DNA from: the human T2T-CHM13v2.0 reference genome, Homo sapiens
Strand: one strand, 5' to 3'
Assembly: GCF_009914755.1 (NCBI RefSeq)
Contig: NC_060947.1
DNA length: 64,000 nt
The notes under the pieces were generated by a model that was given only the letters and a program-made list of their open reading frames with translations, was not told the origin of the DNA and ran no database searches. Positions 55,864-64,000 of the stretch are shown here, piece by piece; position 1 is the stretch's first letter; every line of letters begins with the position of its first letter. The position numbers and the translations under genes are program-made.

Positions 55864-56748
55864 TAACAATCCCATTATGTGGGCAAAGGACATGAACAAA
55901 CACTTTTCAAAAGAAGATATACATATGGCCACAAGCATATGAAAAAAAGCTCAACATCATTGATCATTGATGAGAAACGCAAATCAAAACCACAGTGAAA
56001 TACCATCTCACAACAAATAACTAATTAGAAAATGTAACAATGTAAAAAATAGAATGACTATTACCAAAAAGTCAAGAAAATAACAGATGCTGGAGAGGTT
56101 GTGGAGAAAAAGGAATGCTTACACACTGTTGGTGGGAGTATGAATTAGTTTAACCAGTGTGGAAAGCAGTGTGGTGATTCCTCAAAGAGCTGAAAACAAA
56201 ACTACCATTCCACCCAGCAATCCTATGACTGGGTAGATACCCAAAGGAATATAAATTATTCTATCATAAAGGTACATTCACACATGTGTTCATTGTATTA
56301 CTATTCAAGAGAGCAAAGGCATAGACTCAACCAAAATGTCCATCAATGGTAGACTGGCTAACAAAAACGTGACACATATACATCATGGAATACTATGCAG
56401 CCATAAAAGAAGATCATGCCCTTTTCAAGAACATGGATGGAACTGGAGGCCATTATTCTTAGCAAACTAAAATAAAAACAGAAAACCAAATACCACATGT
56501 TCTCACTTATAAGTGGGAGCTAAATGATGGGAACACATGGACACATATAGCGGAACAATGGATACTGGGGCCTTTTAGAAGGTGGAGGGTGGGAGGAAGG
56601 AGAGGGTCAGGAAAAATAACTAATAGGTGCTAGACTTAATACAAGGCTGATAAAATAATCTGTACAACAAACCCCCATGACACGAGTTTACCTATATAAC
56701 AAACCTACACATATACTCCTGTACTTAAAATAAAGGTTAAAGAAAAAG
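55864..56748 (+). mobile_element. L1PA (~PA13-16) 3' fragment
   Basis: gggcaaaggacatgaaca...taacagatgctggagaggttgtggagaaaaaggaa...tgtacaacaaacccccatgacacgagtttacct. Confidence 0.9.
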
Positions 56749-57339
56749 AAGCCTCAAGGAATCTTGTAAAAACATTTGTGCTACCTCAAGACTTTAAGTC
56801 ATGAAATTCACTGTGAACTGGATTAGGATCTTACGCGAGGGGCATAAGTAAAGCTTTTCAGAAATTCAAAGCTGACTCAGCCAGTGTAGTAGAAACAAAA
56901 CAAACATAATATACAAAGCATTAAATTGAAAGTAATGGTTCCAAATAAGGAAAGATCCTAGCTACTTAAGATTTTCTCTGAGAAGTTCTTTTCTGGATTA
57001 CTTTTAGTGCCTGAATGAAAGATCCTTTGATGTTTCTGTCATCCTCATTTTTCTCCTAATGTACCATCCTGAAAATCTATTTCAATAAATTTGAGAGGGC
57101 TTTAAAAATAAAAAAAAATGGAATGAAAAATATACCATTCAAAAGAGCAGCAACATTCAAAATATACCTAAAAAGAACATTCACAAAAACATACACACTC
57201 TATCAAAGCAAATATAAAAATGTGTTGATAGACTTAGGTGGATGCCTAAGTACAGCAATACAATATGTTTATATATGGTGAACATAATATTGTACAGATG
57301 TCAATTATCTTTATTTACAGATTTAGTGCCTTATTTGAT

Positions 57340-57804
57340 GGCCTCAAGTCAGCAGAGAAGTGGCCCAGCACCTACAAAAAGTCAAGATAAGACACTGAGT
57401 GAGGACTGAGGGCATTACCTACCCAAGAAGAGGGACCCCCACAGAGCCCCGCCCCTACTGTCAATCTTGGGAGTCCCCAGGCGTGGCTGCTGGGCTCAGG
57501 TTCCACCTTACTTCCTACTCTGGACTCAGGGAAATGATCCTTTTTCTGAGGCTGACTGATTCAGCTTAGCAAAGAGAGAAGTCCCAGTGCCTGCAAAGTC
57601 AATGAAAGAAATATATGTATTTCTTTAAGAACTGCCCCTCCCCCGAACGCAGAACCATTTGCCGTTATGCTGGGAGAGCAAAGTGGGCGTGGCCGGACAT
57701 GTTTCTCTTGACCTATCTTCCACATCATCAAGCTGTTACGGGCGAAACCTTGGTCTGAAACATGCGGCCAGAGAAATAAATCTCAGGATCCGGCAGGTGT
57801 CAAA
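57340..57804 (+). promoter_or_regulatory. MAGEB18: Putative MAGEB18 promoter / non-coding first exon region
   Basis: Abrupt rise in GC and CpG; GC boxes ccccgcccc (57447) and gggcgtggc (57686); ETS-like acttcct; donor-like AAA/GTGAGT at 57805; resembles MAGE upstream-exon modules. Confidence 0.6.
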
Positions 57805-58260
57805 GTGAGTATCATTTGTTATGACCTTCAAGACACACTCTTCCCAGAACAGAGGCTGCCTCACAGAGACCCATCCTTCTCTGCTCTGTCCTGCTCCCAC
57901 TTTCAACTCTCTGTGTCCCAAAGCGCAGCTGTTAGGCCTAACACCCTTACTTCCTGTTGGGAATCTGTGGGATGGGAAGCCATGGTCTAAAGCGAGGCAG
58001 CCTCAAGTCAACAGACGGAGGACTCAAAAGACTAAAGTAAAATTAATATCCTAAGTTAGAACTGATGTAGTCAGGAGTAAAATTAATATCCTGAGTTAGA
58101 ACTGATGTGACAACCCCCCACAGAACAGTCCCACCCCGCTCCTGCCTTATGGGTTCCTAAAGCAATACCCTCAAGAGAACCAGGAGAGGTGGCCATTCTT
58201 AGACCAAGGTAGAATCTCCCTACCAAGGCTGTGAACACTATCTCATCCTCCGTCTTCTAG
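57805..58260 (+). other. MAGEB18: Putative 5'UTR intron of MAGEB18
   Basis: GTGAGT donor at 57805; pyrimidine-rich acceptor tctcatcctccgtcttctag ending 58260, 62 nt before the ATG, as is typical of MAGE genes. Confidence 0.65.
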
Positions 58261-58322
58261 GGTGCCCTCTTCATCAATTCAACTGCCTGCACTATTGTCT
58301 GTAGTCCCTGACAAGAGTAATT

Positions 58323-59354
58323 ATGCCTCGAGGTCAGAAGAGTAAGCTCCGTGCCCGTGAGAAACGCCACCAGGCTCGTTGTGAGAATCAGGATCTGGGA
58401 GCTACGCAGGCCACTGTGGCAGAAGGAGAGTCACCCTCCTCTGCCTATCTTCTCTTTGGTGACAGACCCCAGAATTTGCCTGCTGCTGAGACACCTAGCA
58501 TCCCTGAAGCGCTTCAGGGAGCCCCATCCACCACCAATGCTATTGCACCTGTTTCATGCAGTTCAAATGAAGGTGCCAGCAGCCAAGATGAGAAAAGTCT
58601 AGGTTCCTCAAGGGAAGCTGAGGGCTGGAAAGAAGATCCTTTAAACAAGAAAGTAGTGTCGCTGGTGCATTTCTTGCTTCAGAAGTATGAAACGAAAGAG
58701 CCAATTACAAAGGGAGATATGATAAAGTTTGTTATCAGGAAGGATAAGTGTCACTTCAATGAGATCCTCAAGAGAGCCTCTGAGCACATGGAGCTGGCAC
58801 TTGGTGTTGATTTGAAGGAAGTGGATCCCATCAGGCACTACTATGCCTTTTTCAGCAAATTAGACCTCACCTATGATGAAACAACCAGTGATGAAGAAAA
58901 AATTCCCAAGACTGGCCTCCTGATGATTGCACTGGGTGTGATCTTTCTGAATGGCAACCGTGCCCCAGAAGAGGCAGTCTGGGAAATTATGAATATGATG
59001 GGTGTATATGCTGATAGGAAGCACTTCCTCTATGGGGATCCCAGGAAGGTCATGACCAAAGATTTGGTGCAGCTAAAGTACCTGGAGTACCAGCAAGTGC
59101 CCAACAGTGATCCTCCACGCTATGAATTCCTGTGGGGTCCAAGAGCTCACGCTGAAACTAGCAAGATGAAAGTCCTGGAGTTTGTAGCCAAGATACATGA
59201 TACCGTCCCTAGTGCCTTCCCATCCTGCTATGAAGAGGCTTTGAGGGATGAGGAACAGAGAACCCAAGCCAGAGCTGCAGCCAGGGCTCATACTGCTGCC
59301 ATGGCAAATGCACGTTCCAGAACCACGTCTAGCAGCTTCTCCCATGCTAAGTGA
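58323..59354 (+). CDS. MAGEB18: Melanoma-associated antigen B18 (type I MAGE, cancer-testis antigen; MAGE homology domain)
   Basis: 343-aa ORF with the MAGE-B N-terminus [15 protein letters not shown] and MHD motifs ([59 protein letters not shown]); sequence and length recognised as MAGEB18. Confidence 0.95.
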   Translation: MPRGQKSKLRAREKRHQARCENQDLGATQATVAEGESPSSAYLLFGDRPQNLPAAETPSIPEALQGAPSTTNAIAPVSCSSNEGASSQDEKSLGSSREAEGWKEDPLNKKVVSLVHFLLQKYETKEPITKGDMIKFVIRKDKCHFNEILKRASEHMELALGVDLKEVDPIRHYYAFFSKLDLTYDETTSDEEKIPKTGLLMIALGVIFLNGNRAPEEAVWEIMNMMGVYADRKHFLYGDPRKVMTKDLVQLKYLEYQQVPNSDPPRYEFLWGPRAHAETSKMKVLEFVAKIHDTVPSAFPSCYEEALRDEEQRTQARAAARAHTAAMANARSRTTSSSFSHAK

Positions 59355-60050
59355 AATCTGAGGCTTGTTCTTCACTTTTTGGTCGAAAAGGTCTGTCAAC
59401 ATTCTAATAGTGGAGGGCCATGGTGGGGCTGGAAGAAATAAGTGTATATCATCTTTGCATTCCTATTGTATATTGATAACTCGAGTTTTACTTTTCCATC
59501 TTTTTGTTTCCCCTAGGTTACATTTCAAATGTTCAAGTCTGAAGATTGTTTTCTTTGTGGAAGAGAAGAGCAGTCAACATTCTAAGTAGTGAATGGCCAG
59601 AGTGCGTCTGGAGGGAACACAGCATATATCATTTTGTGTTAATAGTCTATAGTAACTCGGAGTTGTATCTTTTTCTTTCTTTTTTTTTTGGTGTTATATT
59701 TCAAATGTTGTTGCTTATAATAGAAGTTTTAGATAACTTCAGAATCTATATTTATTAATGACTTTGGTTACACACGTATTGCTATTTAAGAGTAGGAGTT
59801 TTATTGTTCTGTAAAACAAATTGGGAAACCTTCTTTCATATTTAATGAGCCAGAACAAGGAAACACAGTATTGGAATAGGTATTTCCTTAAAAAATGTGA
59901 GATGATTTAGCAGTAAAATTTTGGAGATCAAAACATAGGTGAGAAAAAGTAAACTTTTCAGTTCTTGGTTTTCTTTTTCCATTTTAGTCTGTTATATAAA
60001 AATAAAAGTCATACCTGGATTGGCTTAGTTTACTGAAGAAGGTAGGAAGA

Positions 60051-60056
60051 AATAAA
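60051..60056 (+). terminator. MAGEB18: Candidate polyadenylation signal AATAAA for MAGEB18 (second candidate at 60001)
   Basis: AATAAA hexamers ~650-700 nt after the stop codon. Confidence 0.55.
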
Positions 60057-60549
60057 ATGTTTATGAACCAGCATCTATGCTTACCGGCTCATTCATTCCT
60101 CCAATATTAATCCAACATCTGATTTTTGAAAGTAATTTTGTTAGAAATGGGAAAACCAGGATACAAAACACCCACCTCTGCTTAGACTTTTACAATTAAT
60201 GAACAGTAATAATGTATGGAAGATGGTGAAATACTTCTAAGACCTAAAGGACAAGTAACAAGAGGGAGTAAGGAGGTAAGGAGTTAGAGAGGGGTTTGGG
60301 AAAAGTGCTGAAGTGTATCTGGCTGAAAATGGTAAGGTGCAAATTCTCTGAAGAAAGGCCCTTTTAGACTTTTGGAAACTTTGAGTCTCTCAGTGGGATA
60401 TACTTTTAATTTAAGCTGGGTGGTGGGCTAGATGAAGCTTTGGGACTGGAGAGCAGAGGCCAGGCACTCAGATGGTGTGTCTCATTGTTGAAGGACAAAA
60501 CCCTGGAGTGGAAAGCTCCACTTAAGAGTTACCTTGGTGACATCAATAA

Positions 60550-60870
<321 letters not shown>

Positions 60871-61089
60871 AATCTCTTGGGGCAGAAGTGAGAAGTGGAT
60901 AGTGTCCTGTGCTCTTGTTCACATTCAGTTGAACACATAGCACAATCTACTTATTTTATGCACAGCCTCTCCAGGAAATTTTTGAGAAATAATGGTGAAA
61001 CTGCCTTGATGTGGGATGCTGAAAAGCTACTGTGTTGGCTCCTTTGCTCTGAACTGAGAGAGCCAAATCCTAGTATTTAAAAGGACATA

Positions 61090-61375
61090 TTTTTGAGACA
61101 GGGTCTGGTTCTTTTCCCCAGGCTGGAACACAGTGGTGCAATCATGGCTCACTATAGCCTTGACTTCCCAGGCTCAAGCAATCCTCCCACATTAGCCTCT
61201 CAAGTAGCTGGGACTAGAATCACACATCACCCTACCCAGCAAATTTTTTGTATTTTTGTACAGACAGGGTTTCACTGTGTCACCAAGGCTGGTCTTGAAC
61301 TCCTGACATCAAGTGATCCACCCACTTCAGCCTCCCAAAGTACTGGGAATACAGGTGTGAACCACCACACTCATC
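61090..61375 (-). mobile_element. AluJ SINE
   Basis: gagacagggtct, atcatggctcactatagcct, ggctcaagcaatcctccc; TSD-like ttaaaagga(ca)tattt on both sides. Confidence 0.9.
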
Positions 61376-62071
61376 TTAAAAGGATATTTTAATTAAGTTA
61401 TCTTCAGTATAATTTGGCAAACTCTAAGGGAGAACATATTTGATGATGATGAAATGAATGAAAATAGGGGTGGTTTGGATGGAATGGCACCTGGGAGGGA
61501 AGTTGTTGGTCCTTGACACAAATTCTAGGACTTTGTGTTTCATTCAACTGGGGAAGACTCCCTACATGCAAATTAAACAACTTATCTTCAAATGGGGAAA
61601 TTTTATTTGCTTTTATATGCTAAATACATAATGGGCTAATTTGATATTAATTGTCCTAGAAAGCTGCATATTTTCCTCAATTAATAAAAATAAATCTCCC
61701 AAGAGGGGAGGGTGATATCATCTGTGGTAAAAATAATTATAATTATATAACTACCATTCTTTAAAGACCCAATATTTTCCATAATTCTGCTAAGTGCTTC
61801 ATATCCATTACATAGATTCCAACAGTGCTACAAGTTAGGGCTTATCAGACATTATTTGCCAAACTTGTAATTTGAAGTTTACATGGCTAATAGGTGACAG
61901 AGCTGAGACTAGACCCCTGGTCTAATGTGGCCAGAATTATTCTATGCTCACATTTTTCTACTCCTCCCAATCTGAGGCAGATCTTTTGTCTAATTCACTA
62001 GTCTTTTCACTACTGCAAAATCTATTACAATTAAAAATAAAGGACTCTGGCCAAAGTACTAAAAGCAGGCC

Positions 62072-62457
62072 TGTATTAGGTTGTTCTCACATTGCTATAA
62101 AGAAATATCTGAGACTGGGTAATTTATAAAGAAAATAGATTTAATTGGCTCATGGTTCTGTAGGCTATACAGGAAGCATAGCGGTATGTGCTTCTGGGGA
62201 GGCCTCGGAAAACTTACAATCATGGTGGAAGGTGAAGGGAAAGCGGGCATGACTCACATGGCTGGAACAGGAGGAAGAGAAAGAAGGGGTAGGTGCCACA
62301 CACTTTTAAACAACCAGATCTCATGAGAACTCAGGACAGTATGAAGGGGGAAATCTACCCCCGTAATACAATCACCTCCCACCAGACATCATCTCTAGCC
62401 TTGGGGATTACATTTCACCATGAGATTTGGGTGGGGACACATAGCCAAACTGTATCA
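62072..62457 (-). mobile_element. MSTA-like LTR
   Basis: tgtattagg..gttctcacattgctataaagaaata.ctgagactggg...gtggggacaca...ctgtatca. Confidence 0.9.
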
Positions 62458-64000
62458 TTTCATCCCTGGCCCCTCTCGAATCTCATGTCCTTCTCACATT
62501 GCAAAATCCAATCATCCCTTCCCAACAGTGCCCCAAAGTCTTAACTCATTCCAGCATTAACTCAAAAGTCCAAAGTCTCATCTGAGACAAGGCTAGTCCC
62601 TTTCACTTATGGGAAAGAAAAAAAGTTACTTCCAAGATACAAAGATACAATGGCAGTAAAAGCATTGGTTAAATACTCCCATTCCAAAAGGGAGAAATCA
62701 GCCCAAAGAAGGGGAATACAGGCCCCATGCAAGTCAGAAACCTAGCAGGGCAGTCAGTAAATATTAAAGCTCCAAAATAATCTTTTTTTTTTTTTGAGAC
62801 GGAGTTTCACTCTTGCTGCCCAGGCTGGAGTGCATGCCTTCTGCCTTCAAGTGATTCTCCTGCCTCAGCCTCCAAAATAGCTGGGATTACAGGTGTGTGC
62901 CACCACGCCTGGCTAATTTTGTATTTTTTTTTTAGTAGAGAGGGGGTTTCACCATGTTGGTCAGGCTGGTCTCGAACTCCTGACCTCAAGTGATCCACCT
63001 GCCTCGGCCTCCCAAAGTGCTGGGATTACAGGTGTGAGCCCCCGCGCCTGGCCCAAAGTAATCTTTTTTGACTCCGTATTCCATATCCAAAGCACTCTGA
63101 TACTCCCAAGCTCCACCCTTGTGGCTTTGCAGGCTTTAACCCCTGTGGTTGCTCTCATGGGCTGGCACTGAGTGCCTGCAGCTTTTCCAGGTGCATAGTG
63201 CAAGCTTCCAGTAGATCTAACATCACAGAGTCTGGAGGACGATGGCCCTCTTATCATAACTACACTAGACAGTGTCCCAGTGGGGATTACGTCTGGGGGC
63301 TCCAACCCCACATTTCCCCTCAACACTGCCTTAGTAGAGGCTCTCCATGAGGGCTTGGGCCCTGCAGCAGGCTTCTGTCTGGACATCCAGGTGTTTCCAT
63401 ACATCCTCTGAAATCTAGGTGGAGGCTCCCAAGCCTCAAGTCTTGCACACTGTGTAACGATAGACTTAACATAATGTGGAAGCTGCCAAGGCTTACAACT
63501 TGCACCCTCTGAAGCAGCAGCCTGAGCTGTACCTGGGCCCCTTTGAGCCACAGCTGGTGCTGGAGTGGTCAGGATGCAGGGAGCAGTATCCTGAGGCTAC
63601 ACAGAAAGCAAGAGCGGGTGGGGAGGGCTGGGCATGGCCCACAAAACCAACCATTCATTTCTCCTAGACCACTGGGCCTGTGACGGTAGAGACTGCTGTG
63701 AAGTCTCTGCAATGCCTTCAAGGCCTTTTTCCCAGGGTCTTGGCTATTAGCACTTGGCTCCTTTTCACTTATGCAAATTTCTGCAGCCTGCTTGAATTCC
63801 TCCCCTGAAAATAGGCATTTGTTTTCTACCACATGGCCAGGCTGCAAATTTTCCAAACTTTTATGCTCTGCTTCCCTTTTGAATATAAAGCTCCAGTTTT
63901 ACATCATTTGTTTGATCACATATATGAGCATATATTGTTAGAGGCAGCCAGCTCACATCTTGAATGCTTTGCTGCTTAGAAATTTCTTCTACCAGGTAAC
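62458..64000 (-). mobile_element. MST/THE1-type MaLR internal sequence, continuing beyond the window
   Basis: Follows the LTR directly (tttcatccctggcccctc, antisense polypurine tract); ccaaagtctcatctgagacaagg, ctggacatccaggtgtttccatacatcctctgaaatctagg. Confidence 0.9.
62783..63053 (-). mobile_element. AluS(q/p-like) with right-arm deletions, inserted in the MaLR internal sequence
   Basis: gagacggagtttcactcttg...; TSD caaaataatcttt / caaagtaatcttt. Confidence 0.92.

Larger units (their letters stand above)
54690..57330 (+). mobile_element. Old L1ME ORF2 relic (~54690-55620 and ~57110-57330) interrupted by younger L1PA pieces
   Basis: Degenerate A-rich ORF2-like sequence continuing on both sides of the insertions. 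Confidence 0.55.

Noticed and set aside
58351-59402. Alternative-frame and antisense ORFs overlapping MAGEB18
   Set aside because: Short shadow ORFs of a GC-richer CDS with no independent support.
62961-63551. 196-aa minus-strand ORF
   Set aside because: Chimeric reading of MaLR internal sequence running into an Alu (ends ...[25 protein letters not shown]).

Overview
Primate (almost certainly human) genomic DNA, AT-rich and dominated by repeats. It holds one supportable protein-coding gene: the cancer-testis MAGE-B family gene MAGEB18 (CDS 58323-59354, +, 343 aa, uninterrupted), which places the window at Xp21.3 by established knowledge. The other ~57 kb is gene-poor intergenic sequence with Alus, L1, L2 and MIR fragments, MaLR/ERVL/ERV1 LTRs, hAT and Tigger DNA-transposon relics, a ~2.9 kb compound AT-rich repeat with internal palindromes, and a ~1 kb degenerate 10-bp tandem array. 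All other ORFs in the track are explained by repeats or chance. I found no convincing new multi-gene system. The most unusual signals are: the CpG-decayed, E-box-rich 10-bp array fused to an LTR; the palindromic AT repeat; the modular promoter and the duplicated, probably spliced 3'UTR of MAGEB18; and several atypical L1 insertion structures. Repeat subfamily names come from recalled consensus sequences, not a search, and boundaries of old repeats are approximate.
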